A stretch of 59,982 bases of DNA, filler included, from Sphacelaria rigidula (lineage: Eukaryota): NCBI GenBank assembly GCA_964200075.2. It is 10 parts of 10 records of this genome, joined end to end, with 100 filler letters (N's around TTAATTAATTAA, not from the genome) between each part and the next. Parts side by side here need not be neighbours in the genome. Positions count along the whole stretch, not along the records: positions 36,051 to 41,958 come from CAXNAA020023574.1; positions 42,059 to 47,966 come from CAXNAA020023575.1; positions 48,067 to 53,974 come from CAXNAA020023576.1; 7 more parts are not named here. One strand, given 5' to 3'. This document shows positions 36,527-48,738 of this stretch, in pieces. Below the pieces are notes generated by a model. It searched no databases. It had not been told where the DNA came from and was given only the letters and a program-made list of their open reading frames with translations. Each line of letters begins with the position of its first letter. Position 1 is the stretch's first letter. A program made the position numbers and the translations under genes.

Positions 36527-39500
36527 GAGGCCTTTGGGGGGGGCGAAAAACATAGCAAGAGCCTCGAGGGTTTTGGAGGGGAAACGATGCCTATTCCCCC
36601 GCATCCATGGGAGCAGTCCACAATCGCCCCGACTAGACCGCCTCCGACCGACAGGAGTTCCCCCGCCGACGGCCTGGAGCTGGAGCGGATACATGGGTGC
36701 GTTTGGCCTTCTTTGATGTCGTGCTGGCCGGGGAGCACGTATTTGATGTCCGAGCGTCTTCTATTTGTGGATTGCCGTGCGCACAATGTCACGATGAAAT
36801 GTTGCTCCACTTTCCTACCGATCGAGATTCCAAGTATTTTGAAATATATTAACTCTTCACCTCACCGTAAAGATTGTGACCAGGTATCCCTCAAGCTTGG
36901 GCACGCGGGCACATTCATCAGCGAGCACTTGCGTAATGTTTGCCGTTCCATACTTGATTCGGTACAATGGCTTCATGTGGCCAGGCGTGACTGGGATGCA
37001 AATACTAGCGGAACTTAGGCTACACTGTTATTTTCCACTCGTGTTTCATCTCGGGCACGTCTATATCACGTGATCACGACTGCATTGTTGACGGATCAGA
37101 TATTGTGCGACAATCAATCAACCAACCAATCAATCAAAGTCAAGATCTCAATCAGTCAAGTACACGTTTAATATATACGTGATAACGTGCTGGATCGCAA
37201 TTCGCGTGGTAATTGTCGTTTTTCGTTGTTCGGAGTCCGTGCTACCGACCCGAGATGCTTTCCGCATCCACTGCACAACTGACCGTTCTATTTGCTTGCC
37301 TCGTGGTGTTTCGAAACCGACCAGAACGACACGTACTGTTCCACACAATCAAGTTAACGAATCCAGCTTGACGAGCTCCAGATATCTCGACGTGTACTCA
37401 CCAGATGCACTTCGCCCAACACGCTCTCTTGGCGTGTTGTCTTAGCATATCAACAACCGAACCCCCCCCCATGTCACCCTGCTCCGTCTCGAAAGGGATG
37501 CGTGGTCAATGGTCAAACGACTAAGGCAAGCAACAAATGAGTACGCCCCCCCCCCCCATGTCACCCGGCTCTTGCACAGATACCGAGGGCGAGATACGAG
37601 GAGCAGCGCCGCATATGCTGGGGCTAATGGGGAAAAGGCTGTTTACACGGCAGCGGCCACCGGTGTCAGCCTAGATCTCGTCAACCACACTCAGGTACCG
37701 AGCAAATAATGGCGCAAGACAGTGATCAATATTTCAAGGGTCGGATGGATAATGATTTGTCCCGAAAACTACTCGATTTCAGTATTGTTGATTATTACTG
37801 CACGAATCGATCACTGGGCTTCGTTTTCAGCGTTACATCCAAGAGACGCACAGCCCAGTAGGCACGTGGAATGGCGCAAAATTCGCATGGAGACTTTATT
37901 GACCCGCGGTCAACGTTTTTGTCTCTTTTAAGCGATCAGGACCCGAAGATCATACATTTGGTGATGTGAATCGGCGATAATTTGTCCGACCCTCGTAGGT
38001 TAACACTTGGTCCATATGGCATGCTTGCTTGCCGCAAGAAAATGGCGGTCTGGCCTTTCCTCCGCGCATCTCGCTATGGAGGTTTACATACTCGATCCAC
38101 ACGCACGTGCTGCATACCTCGGGGCGATGACTCCACAGAGGTTCCAGCTGGGCCATGCCGGAGATACTGCGTGCCTTGCCGTGTCGCCAGACGGTTTACT
38201 GGTCGCTACGGGCGAGGTTTCGAGAAGACCGAACATTATCGTCTGGAGTGCGGAAGGCGCAGAGGCTGTACAGGTAGGACATGAGCGGAGAGGGCCGCCA
38301 AGGGTGAAGGGAAAGGGTCACGGGGAGGGGCGGGGGTCACCTGTGGGCGCACAGTGTAGAGATACGCAGCAGATAATGGAAAGGGGAAATCGTGGAGTCG
38401 AGAGTGAGGTTGCGCACTGCTATTGCTACTCATAGAGAACGATACCCCGATATTGTGGTCGGCGGTATTATGCTGTGTGCATAGCTGGAACATGAAATGA
38501 CCCTTACACGGGGTACAGCAAGCTATGCAAAAGCGTTCGCGGCATGCTACATGCAGCCTACTTCCAGCAACCTAACGCAGCGTGAATGAATTCTTGACAA
38601 ACTGTCAGATCCGTTTCGGCGTGACTGCCTCGATGTTCACCCCAGCCCCACGCCCTTCGCACCACCCGCATTCTACTTTCCTTGTCATTTGTGCCTTTTA
38701 GACATTATCAGGCTTCCACAGGCGAGCCGTGACGACCCTTTCGTTTTCTCCTGATGGCCGCCATCTAGCATCTCTCGGGTGCGACGATGACCACAGCATC
38801 GCAGTTTACGACTGGAGAAACCGTCTAGTCAGGGTACGTACGTCGATGGTCGAGATGCGAGAGTATGCCGTTGTCCCTAGCAGTTGTACACACCCCGCAG
38901 GACGCCGTCGAAGGAACGTGCATCGCTTGGACCAGAAGGGAAAGGCTACAGACATAGTAAAATGCCCCAACAATAAGAAACAGTACAAAAAATATCCTGT
39001 ATCTGACCAAGGCACAGCAGACGACTACGTTTGTGGTACGGAAGGCAAGAACAGAGTTTCCCATGGCGGGATTACCACATAAGATCCCAAGTGCTTTGAC
39101 ACATGGGACACTGCAAAATGTTGTTCTCCTCAGGGTACAACCGCGAAGCGTCGCGTGACACTTTCTATGATAGCCCCTCCCCCCCGAAACCAGCCCAACA
39201 GTGTCACGGAAAAAGCGATCATACAGCGCCTGATGCTTGGGTTCAGGCTGAATGAAGCGCCTCATATGGGCGACATTGGCGAGGACGAACCCACGCGTGG
39301 GAATTTCCAGCTGCTCGTTGTGCTCGGCTTTTCCCATTTCGAGTTACGTGAAAATTCTGCCTCCCCAAACCAGGTATGGGTTTTTTTGGGGGGGCTATCG
39401 TAGAAAGTGTCACGTTCCAAGTTACCTCCCTCGATCTCCTGTCGCCGACTCGTGCAGGCAACCGCCAAGGGCGGTCGGCGCAAGGCCCTATGTGTTGCTT

Positions 39501-41765
39501 GGAACGGTCTCGGGACGCGCCTAGTATCGTGTGGTCTGAGGCACATAAACTTCTGGACGTTTGTCGGGCGCAACCTGGTTCATTGCAGAGGTGTCCTAGG
39601 GAACAAGGGGAGGAAGCAGACGTCTCCCGCTTGCGCCTTTATAGGAGATACTGCCGTGGTGAGAAACCTTATTTTGTCGCTGAAACATATCGTGTTCTCG
39701 GGTGTGTGTGCGTTATGTGTATTCAGTGTAACTAGGTATGGGTTTAATCCAATCTCATCGTTTACGGGTTCAAGTATACCCTCCACGCGGACGCTGTCAC
39801 GGTAAATATAAAAGATCGCAAAGTGATCGACATTCGACTGATCCTCGGGGAATTAGCCGTGGCCACAAGGTGGACGTACTCGAGGCAAACAAGATCAAAT
39901 GACAGATGCCATTGGATGCACGAATGTAGTGTACAATTGAAACTCCCAAGCCATGTGCTGGCGGACAGGCACAGAACATAGACGTGTACAAGTGCACGGG
40001 TCAGCCGTGGTCACAAGGTGGACGCACCCGAGGCAAACAAGGTCAAATGAAAGATGCCATTGGGTGCACGAATGTAGTGTACAAATGAAACTTCCAAACT
40101 ATGTGCTGGCGGACAGGCAGAGAACGTAGACGCCTACAAGTGCACGGAACCCCAGTAGAAGAGGCAGGCGAGGCATCCTACAGATTCCCCCGTGTCGATG
40201 TATCGCTGGAACAGAGAACGTACATCCGCCGTACTCGCCACGACGGAGACACGAAACTGCCTGCGTCCATTATGTCATGACGAGAACGCCTCTGTTGTCG
40301 AAATACCAACCCCATGTAGGTGGGCACAGGAGACGGACACCTGTACGTGTTCGAAGCTGGCTCCACGACTTTGACCAGATCGGTGAAGGCTCATACAGGC
40401 AAGTCCTTTCATGACAGGGAGGCATTTCTCTTCGTTGCCGGGCATACATGGCATTTCATCATCTTTGCCGCCGAGGAACGCTTTCACGCTTTCTCGCCGT
40501 TAACCCTTTTGGAACCTATTGACGATTTTTGTATTTGTTAATCGGCATCATTTTGACTCGAAAATAACTGAAAATGATATCGATTCACAAAAGAAAAAAT
40601 CGTCGATGCATTCCAAAAGGATTTATAATGTTTTTCCATAGCGTAGCACCACGTCGCCAGGGAAGCTTCGCTCATCAAGTATCATGGAGGAAACGAAGGC
40701 ATCCTTCCCGGGTTGATATTTCCATGGATTTGGTCATTCGATATTCTCGCCGTATCTTCGAACGTATCCAGGCTCCGTTTATGCCTTGCATCCCGTGGGA
40801 GGACCAGGGGGGCTGACTTCGGGCCCTCCAGGTGGGCTGTGGAGTGGGGGCAAGGACGGTCTGGTCAAGCACTACGATGATCAGGTGCATTTTCACGAAA
40901 GACGGCATTGCGCAGACGTGGTGAACCTCAGAGGCTGTGGAGTGCAGATTCAAACAGAATCAGAGGTGGCGAAACATCCCGACATCTCCAAGCAGGGCTA
41001 AGATTCGAATCTTTACATCGCTCCTGAATACATGGATGTCTTCAAATATTCTGAGCAAAAACCCATCACACCATACCGCCGGGGGCGCACGTCGATGGCT
41101 ATTCTGAATCCCCAACTGTTATGCAACTTGGTGATTACGACCTTTCTCACGAGGTCAGCATAGTTCTCGCTGTAGGAGCCACAAGGGTCCAGCCGCAAGG
41201 CTCGCACGAGAGCGGAGATCAGCGCAGGGATGGTAAAATATAGATGCGGTATACGACAGAAACAGTGCAGCGTAGAGGGGGTGTCTTGCACAGCCGGTGG
41301 GTGCGATGTTCATGGCTGGTACTGCAGCAGAGTGAGATCGTGAGTGCATACAGTACCAGTGGCACTAGGCGGTGACCAAGGAGCCCCGTTGACACGAATG
41401 TGCTGTTAATTCGAGAGAATGCCCTTGTTTGCGTTGTACTTACACACTCAGTAGCTGATGCCGATATCATGATGAAAAGCGATCCGTACACAGCGACATA
41501 TTACCCATCCTGAGCGCACACCCCGACGTGACAGCACGTCTCAATTACAACCACTGAACACAAATATAGCAAATGACGTTACAGCGCATGTTTGATGCTA
41601 TATCTGGGTATCTTTGCCCCCGCGCCCCTACCGTTTCTGGCCTGCGGTCCTTTCATACGCCATACCACACCACGCCGCTCCACGTAGGTTCGCGGGCTGA
41701 AGGAATATAGTGTAGCCACGATTGCCTCCAACGGCGCTCCGGGAGGTGCTGCGGGCGCGCTCAAG
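36527..41765 (+). CDS. EML: Echinoderm microtubule-associated protein-like (EML/EMAP, HELP + WD40) gene, partial; exons 36527-36696, 37580-37694, 38139-38273, 38702-38833, 39458-39658, 40320-40398, 40772-40884, 41688-41765
   Basis: All exon phases chain correctly. The HELP motif PADGLELERIHG|YRGRDTR is split by an intron. WD40 repeats: GHAGDTACLAVSPDGLLVATGE...IIVW; FHRRAVTTLSFSPDGRHLASLGCDDDHSIAVYDW; LVSCGLRHINFW; VGTGDGHLYVF; LWSGGKDGLVKHY. Truncated by the contig ends. The last exon is less certain. Confidence 0.9.
37480..37545 (+). mobile_element. Family A LINE 3' tail with perfect 18-bp TSD, in EML intron
   Basis: CCCCCCCCCATGTCACCC at 37462-37479 and 37549-37566. Confidence 0.92.
39156..39412. 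mobile_element. Family D MITE (257 bp), TIR TGACACTTTCTAYGATAGCCCC, TSD CG
   Basis: cg|tgacactttctatgatagcccc ... ggggctatcgtagaaagtgtca|cg; in EML intron. Confidence 0.88.
39855..40147. repeat. Tandem duplication, 2 x ~148 bp
   Basis: agccgtgg.cacaaggtggacg...tacaagtgcacgg twice. Confidence 0.85.
40504..40621. mobile_element. piggyBac-type MITE, related subfamily
   Basis: TTAA|CCCTTTTGGAA ... TTCCAAAAGGA|TTTA with an aatcggcatca core; a similar palindromic core is at 8911-8961. Confidence 0.65.
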
Positions 41766-41958
41766 GTCGGTGAACACGTATCCCGAAGAGCGTTTGATGT
41801 GGCTTTACGTCTCTGGCACAAATTTGTGCCGGTCGAACAAGGCGCTCGTCGAGCCCTGCGCAATACTTTAGAAACAATGTGTCGCTGAGGTATTCGTCAC
41901 CGGCACATCCGGCTTGAGCGGGAGGAGGGAGGGGGGGGGGGGGGGGGGCGCCCCTCGC

Positions 41959-42058
41959 NNNNNNNNNNNNNNNNNNNNNNNNNNNNNNNNNNNNNNNNNN
42001 NNTTAATTAATTAANNNNNNNNNNNNNNNNNNNNNNNNNNNNNNNNNNNNNNNNNNNN
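41959..42058. other. Artificial contig-joining spacer
   Basis: N44-TTAATTAATTAA-N44. Confidence 0.98.
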
Positions 42059-42869
42059 CCCTCCCCCCCCTCTCCCCGCCCAAGAAGACTAAGCGTTCGT
42101 CTAAACGTTCTACCACGCGTCGTCTGGGTGGCAGAATGGTTTGAGGGCTAGATAATTTCCGCGAATACCAAGCTCATTCGGAGTTTGGTCTATGGTATCA
42201 AATAGTTAAATACCTTTGACAAGTAATGAAAAAAGATAGCGCATGCCGCAAGTTCATCCGGGCAAGGAGACTCCAGTCCATCGAATGCCGTCAACTGCGT
42301 ATGTGCAAAGGAACGCTTGCGAGGGATACGATGGCCTGCGCGTTAGCGCTCCTCGCGCAACTCACGTTGCTTTGTTTCAGTGTGATGATAACATGCCGTG
42401 TCCGATCTAGACACGTTGCAGAGGCTATTGGCTCCTGCTCAATTGTTGAGCTCACGGAATTCTTGTGGGTATATCTTTGACCGCCCCAAGAGAGTTGGGT
42501 CGACTCTATACCTTGTCCGTATCCCCCGAACGCCGCAGCAGTAAGATGAATCCGCCCGTATGGTCGCTTTACGTTCATGCGTAACACGGCATGGCCAACA
42601 TCTGGCATGAGAGATGGCGGCGTCAGACCTCGTTTCCTGAACAACATCACCTTCGCCGACGGTGATCTAACTTCCGAAACTAAAAACCAGTTTGGGGGAA
42701 ATGTCGGGAGTTCGAATCCCGGAAGTGAGGTATGCGTGTTTTTTATTTTATTTTGAGAAGTTCCTGATATGTCGTCGTGGACAACGCGAGAATATGACCA
42801 GCAGAAGGAAGTTAATCCGACAAGGGTCGACGCGGTGTGAGAGTGGTCACCCAATGCGCGCTACCGACA

Positions 42870-43122
42870 TGACACTTTCTACGATAGCCCCCCCGCCAAA
42901 AAGTGCATGGTTTTGGGAGGCAAAATCTCCACATGAAGAAAAATGGGGAAAGTCGAGCGCAACGAGCAGCTGGGAATGCCCACGCTTGGGTTCGTTCTCG
43001 CCAATGTTACCAATATGAGGCGCTTCATGCAGCCTGAATCCAAACATCAGGCGCTGTATGGCCATTTTTTTCGGGGCACTATTGGGCTGGTTTGGAGGGG
43101 GGGGCTGTCGTAGAAAGTGTCA
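42870..43122. mobile_element. Family D MITE, TSD CA
   Basis: ca|tgacactttctacgatagcccc ... ggggctgtcgtagaaagtgtca|ca; opposite orientation to the 39156 copy. Confidence 0.88.
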
Positions 43123-43394
43123 CATGCAAGGCGTGTACATGGAGAGGAATGGGTGGGTGGATCGATAATTGATCCCTCGACGCCACGGACTCGTCTCGAG
43201 GAAGGAAAGGGATTCAAAGTGTGACGAAAAACAATATATATATATATAGATATAAAGATGTATACATGGACAGTATCGGAAGCCTGTTCCTTTCTCCGGT
43301 GTATATCCCGAAAATTATACAGCTTCGGCACCCCTCTCCTGATGACCGCATACGTGTTGTGTTGTATTGTCGTGCCATCTATTCTGCACGCCGG

Positions 43395-43720
43395 TCTACA
43401 GCTTTCGGTATATGTGGGCGCACCAGCCGGGGTCACACAGGAGGAAGGTCAACACAGGAGTTTTTTTTCTTCCTTGTTTGTTTTCAGTACTTCACCCTTC
43501 TTCTGCGGTGCTTGCTTGCCTTTATTTTTTTATCGCGAGAGGGGTGCAGCAGTCCCTTTCCCTCGTCGGCCATCATTTGTCGGATTTAGTGTACCCACGA
43601 CATGGTCGCTCTCGACTGTTGGGCATTGCGTGAGAAAAATTCCCAGATCGCTCCGAGATTCGAACCCACGACCCAACCGTCAGAAGGTTTCGAGGTTACC
43701 AACTGAGCCACTGGGGCACA
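43395..43720 (-). mobile_element. tRNA-derived SINE (~330 bp)
   Basis: A box TGGCTCAGTTGG, B box GGTTCGAATCTC. The body fragment gggtcacacagg..ggtcaacacag recurs at ~53874-53902. The 3' limit is approximate. Confidence 0.75.
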
Positions 43721-43737
43721 TATATATCGCATAAAAA

Positions 43738-44108
43738 TACAAGCCGCACGGGACCCAGGCTGCGCTCCGTCCCCGTCCGTCTTTTTCGAGGGTCTCGGTA
43801 CCCTTGCCTTGCCAAGCCCTCGTGAGAATAGATCCTCTCTCGAAATGGTCATGCCCGCCGGAAACATTGCAGGACCACCGCGATCGCGCGTCCGTTCGAA
43901 CGGTCGCGAACGCATGTGTATCCCCGCACAGAGTAAAGCACGAATCCGCTAACCGGGCCCGTAGCACTGGCATAGGCCTGAACAGTCATCTCCCGGGCCG
44001 GGTGCGGAGGAACTTGCACACTAAAATCCGCAATAAATCTCGTGGACGCCTCGTTACAAAGTATACTTCACCTTCGTGAGTTCGAAATATTCTACATGTA
44101 TACTATAG
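43738..44108 (-). mobile_element. Family F interspersed repeat
   Basis: Second copy of 32898-33265. Confidence 0.6.
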
Positions 44109-44455
44109 GGGGTGAGGTGGTTCCGAAACTGTCTAATTTATTGCGAATACACTGCACCGAGAAACGGATACTACGCTGAGATGGAATTGAGGGGTTTCGT
44201 CGTTTACAGACGCTCGTGGGAATCGTCCACACGCACGGTAGATTGGATGTCTTTGACAGATATGTCGCACAGAGCACGTAGTCATTCTCCAATTACTGCT
44301 GCAGCATCCCGTGACGAACAAGTACAGGGCTCCGGGCAACCCGAACAGATCAGCGAGAAGGTTTGCTGACGCCGAGTAAAACGACGGGATAACAAGGGCC
44401 GTTCTGGAGCATGTTCCAGAACTGCATACTAAAGCCGGTATATTTGATCTGATTT

Positions 44456-44506
44456 CATATGATATGATATGATACGATATGATATGATATGATATGGTAT
44501 GGTATG
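44456..44506. repeat. (ATATG)n microsatellite
   Basis: Direct observation. Confidence 0.9.
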
Positions 44507-44713
44507 ATCTGTAGTACGCGTGGAATCGTCTCCTGTTGTAGATCTTCAAACTACGCTGAGAAGCAAATGCGTTTACAAATATTAGTGGTGAGTACAGCAG
44601 GTTATTTGCGTTACGTCAGGTAGAACATCCAACAGTAGATTCGCCCGCATACCTTGTCAGGCTATCGACGTCCATCCTATTTTGCAGGTAGCACTACTGC
44701 TTGCATACCTCAC

Positions 44714-47713
44714 CTGCATGTACGCCGTATCTTTCCCCACAGCAGTGGCACCACTACCACCACCCGTACCGGTGATATCCTGTACCAACGCCGTGGCCAC
44801 AGCGAGGCTATCCCATGTGCTCATTAGCGGATACAACCGGATTCCGCCGCTCTGCAATAATAGAGAGCATTCAAGCAAGAAATTCGACAGGTTCTCGGCA
44901 ATTGTAGACATTACAAGACACTCATACATATATATATATACTTGACTGATTGGTTGGTTTTCGAACTTTCACTGATCGCCTAGGGATCCAGCCGTCGCCA
45001 CATGATAGACGAACCGGAGACAAAGCAAAACTGATACACTGTATATACATTGAGTGTAAATATGAAAAGCACATGTAAGCATAACCGACTTCACTTATGG
45101 CGCAGAGGAATGATAGGAATACGTAACGGACCCGCCAACGCCTCCCACGTAAAGTACGACGAAACCAACCTCCTGAGTACCATCGTGAAACGCATGCGGT
45201 ATAACCATATAATTCCTCAGGCATAATAGTATACCATGACAAAACTATTGCCAGCATAAATCTTGGAGTCGTCCTACGATAGAGGGGGGGGGAGGATTTT
45301 GGGACACTTCTTGCACGAAATTCCAAGTCAAATCGTCGTTGAAAGGAGCAGCAGTTGCTGGAACGAGCTTGTTATAGATTAAGAATGCTCATACATACCG
45401 ATTGACACCGTTTTGAACCAAACACAAGCGCACCGCGAGTGTGGCAGGCCGTCTGACACACTTTCGAGCCTCTTTTTTCGGGTAATCAAATACCCCCCCC
45501 CCCATCGTAGGATGACTCCTTGGGGGATGCTAACCTTTGATGCCTCGTGATGATTTCTGATGAAAAGAAACATTGAAAAAAGCTGCAAGCTCTGTGCCAC
45601 ACCTCGGTGTCTATGTACAAAGGATCTGCCGGGCCTTCATTTTTGCCCACATGCGACTCTTCCATGGCCAGAGATCGCCCGCTCAATCCTAACAACCTCA
45701 GAACAACATAAGGATCGCAAGGGGTGGAAGGTGCGGAGGGGGGGTTCATGCAACTCACAAAAATTCGCGATTGGCGCATACTTGCATTGTCGGACCCTCT
45801 CCACAAGACCATACGATTTGGACACCACCCTTTGCCTTGCCCAGCAATGTCCCTATGATCATCAAAAGGTCAGCCAAGACCTTTTGCACAGGCGAGCAAA
45901 TTGTGTGGAAGTACTTGCGCTCGGCACGTGCGCAAAGCGCGGGATTGAGAAAATGAATTACGGTCCAACTTTTCAATCGACACGGAAATCGGACATGAGT
46001 TTTAGGACAAATTTTCAATCTTACACACGAAAAAAATGACGATGAGCGCGCAATCCACGCGGAAATCGGGAATAGTGTTTAGTCCAAATTTCGATCCTAC
46101 GAAAGAAAAGAGGAAAGTGAGAGCGCAATCCACACGGAAATCGGGAAAAAAAAAAAGGTCCAAGTTTTCAATCCACGCTCAAGAGTTTTCCAGTCCATGT
46201 TTTCAATCCTATACAAGGTCAGGGGTCTACACGTTACACGTTCACGTTCACGTTCACGTTCACGTTCGTCAAATTTGGCCTTCACGTTACGTTTCGTTTG
46301 GCACGTTAAAAAAAATGTAACGTTACGATAACGTTTGATTCGAAGAATTAACGTTACGTTCACGTTTCGTTCAACACGTTAAAAAAATGTATCGTTACGT
46401 TTTGTTACATGTTACGTGGTATGAAACGTTTCATGTAACGTGTAACGTCTAATATGTCGTTTCATTGACACGTGTAATGTTCGAATGTAACGTTTCATTC
46501 CGTACATTTCGCCGCTCATTAATCAGTGTTTAAGGTGTTGTAACGTGTCGTGTAACGCGTGACGTTACCGAGTACGTGACGCTGACGGTGGCCCGTCGTA
46601 TGTTTGAGCATTATCTGATTGTGTAACGTTACCTTCTCTATAGTGTATCGTCCATTCGTTTTTTACCGTAAAATTTTCATAAGTCCTCTTTTCTTTTCAT
46701 CGTTTTGCTTTCAGTCTTCAATTTTCAAATGCGTGATCATTCCCACGACAGCACATAATGTACACACAACAGATCTTGAACATGATTGAACGCCGGCCTG
46801 AGTCGTCCTGGCATTTCGCAGACAAAACTATATCGGGTACTCCTGGTTCTATTTATGTATACATGGACAAATATGATAGTTCATCACGGCCGTTAAAGGT
46901 AAGCGTATGTATGTATGTAAATACTGCGGAATATGTATGTATGGCAGGCTTACACCACGGTCCACGCAATCAATGCATTTATCTACCTTGACAAGCTTTT
47001 GTTCCGCTGTACACAGACTAATGGATTCTTCACTTGGAAATTTAACGTTCACGTTACGTTACGTTTATTACGTAAAATAAATTGAGCGTTCACCTTGCGT
47101 TTAGGTGAAAACGTAACGTCGTGGCACGTGTAACGTGTAGAGCCCTGGTTTGTTGAAGCACAATTTTCTAGGATTTTAAAATTCATCGCAAATTTGAAGT
47201 GTGCACCGCTTCATGTAACGTGTTTGTAACGTTTCATGTAACGTGGAACGTAATATGAAACGTCTCATCTAACGTGAAACGTCTAATGCACGTGTAACGT
47301 GTTATATACGTGACACGTTTCATGAAACGTTTCATATTACGTGTTTGGACGTTTGGACAATTCAACGTTCACGTTACGTTTCGTTTGGCACGTTCAAACA
47401 ATATAACGTTACGTTAACGTTTCATTTAAAAATTTAACGTGACGTTCCCGTTTCGTTTGGCACGTGAAAAAAAAATAACGTTCACGTTACGTTTCGACCA
47501 AGACGTAAAGTGTAACGTTGTGGCACGTGTAACGTGTAGACCCCTGAAAAAAAGACAGTGAGCGCTCCGAATAACATAAAGTTTCCGTATTTTCGCTACA
47601 CTCATGAGGAGGAAATATCGCAGTATTGGGCAGCTCTGAGGGATACCGAAACGCCATCACTTCCACGGCTACTCTCAACACGGCATCCTTGAAAATGGCG
47701 ACGAGATATTCCT
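44714..47713 (-). CDS. Hypothetical spliced gene, partial; exons 47713-47647, 45852-45782, 45688-45603, 44851-44714
   Basis: Four AG/GT-bounded exons chain in phase (2,1,0): EYLVAIFKDAVLRVAVEVMAFR-DIAGQGKGWCPNRMVLWRGSDNAR-LSGRSLAMEESHVGKNEGPADPLYIDTE-SGGIRLYPLMSTWDSLAVATALVQDITG...AYMQ. A further candidate exon lies near 42513-42637. No family recognised. Confidence 0.5.
45265..45519. mobile_element. Family C MITE (255 bp), TIR GGAGTCRTCCTACGATAG(G)n, 2-bp TSD TT
   Basis: Both TIRs are present. Inverted-orientation copies are at 47729-47966 and 23863-23934 (cut by contig ends). Confidence 0.85.
45965..46215. repeat. Minisatellite, ~75-bp unit, ~3 copies
   Basis: caatc.ac.cggaaatcgg...ttt(t)caatc recurring. 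Confidence 0.65.
46220..47546. mobile_element. Non-autonomous hAT-like element(s) with ACGT-rich subterminal arrays
   Basis: TIR caggggtctacacgttacacg / cgtgtaacgtgtagacccctg. A second right end is at ~47125-47147. No TSD recognised. Confidence 0.75.
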
Positions 47714-47728
47714 CTAGGAGCGAACTGA

Positions 47729-47966
47729 GGAGTCATCCTACGATAGGGGGGAGGGGTATTTGGTTGCACGAAAAATGAGGCTCATAAGTGTGTCAGACAT
47801 CCTTCTACACTTGCGTTGCGCTTGTATTTGGTTCCAAACAGTGTCAAGCAGTACGGATGAGCGTGAGTAATCCACAACAAGCTTGTTTGAACAACCGTTG
47901 CTGCTTTCAACGACGATCTGGCTCGAAATTTCGAGCAACAAATGGCCCAAAATCCCCCCCCCCCCT
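47729..47966. mobile_element. Family C MITE, cut by contig end
   Basis: Reverse complement of 45265-45519. Confidence 0.82.
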
Positions 47967-48066
47967 NNNNNNNNNNNNNNNNNNNNNNNNNNNNNNNNNN
48001 NNNNNNNNNNTTAATTAATTAANNNNNNNNNNNNNNNNNNNNNNNNNNNNNNNNNNNNNNNNNNNN
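47967..48066. other. Artificial contig-joining spacer
   Basis: N44-TTAATTAATTAA-N44. Confidence 0.98.
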
Positions 48067-48113
48067 GGGGGTGTACTCATAATCATGCATGACATAGTCA
48101 TAATACCATTGAC
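48067..48113 (-). mobile_element. Family B tail fragment
   Basis: gggggtgtactcataatcatgcatgacatagtcataataccattgac, followed by a G-run. Confidence 0.72.
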
Positions 48114-48738
48114 GGAGGGGGGGGGGGGACAAGACCAACTGCTCTTAGTCGCAGCAGCACTGAACTCTTTCGAGTGGAGTGGCACACCATCAGATCTTTT
48201 TTATCTTGGTTACCGTGACACGAAAATACTGCAGTATACCAAAGACTGTACATCGTTCACTTAACGGCCTTGGATTTTTGTGCCTCGTGATGTTCCCGTG
48301 TAAAAGGGAATCACATACGAAGGAGTTCGACACCAGTACGAGAGCAGTGTCATGTTAAGGGAAAATTTCCCGTGTATGGTTCTGCATACTACTTTCGTAT
48401 ACGGCACTTTCGCCCTAATGAGTACTGCGGTACTGTACTGTCTTTTCCACTATTTTTCCCCAATCGAGTTTTCCTTGGCGATCATCCCTCCGATAATAGG
48501 CACGACTAGACTCGCAGCCGACAAGTTTGTGAGCGACAGTATATTGTCCTTTCCTTGTCCCAAAAATGAATTTCAACAAACAATCCAGCCACCCACTCCC
48601 AACCAACCAACCAATTAATTATTTTATTTAGTTCATCCATTCATTCGTTGATAAATATATATATAGAGAGAGAGAGATGAATCGACCAGTACTCAATTTC
48701 AGCTCCGATGCCGCCCTCTTCATTGCACCATTTCTTAC

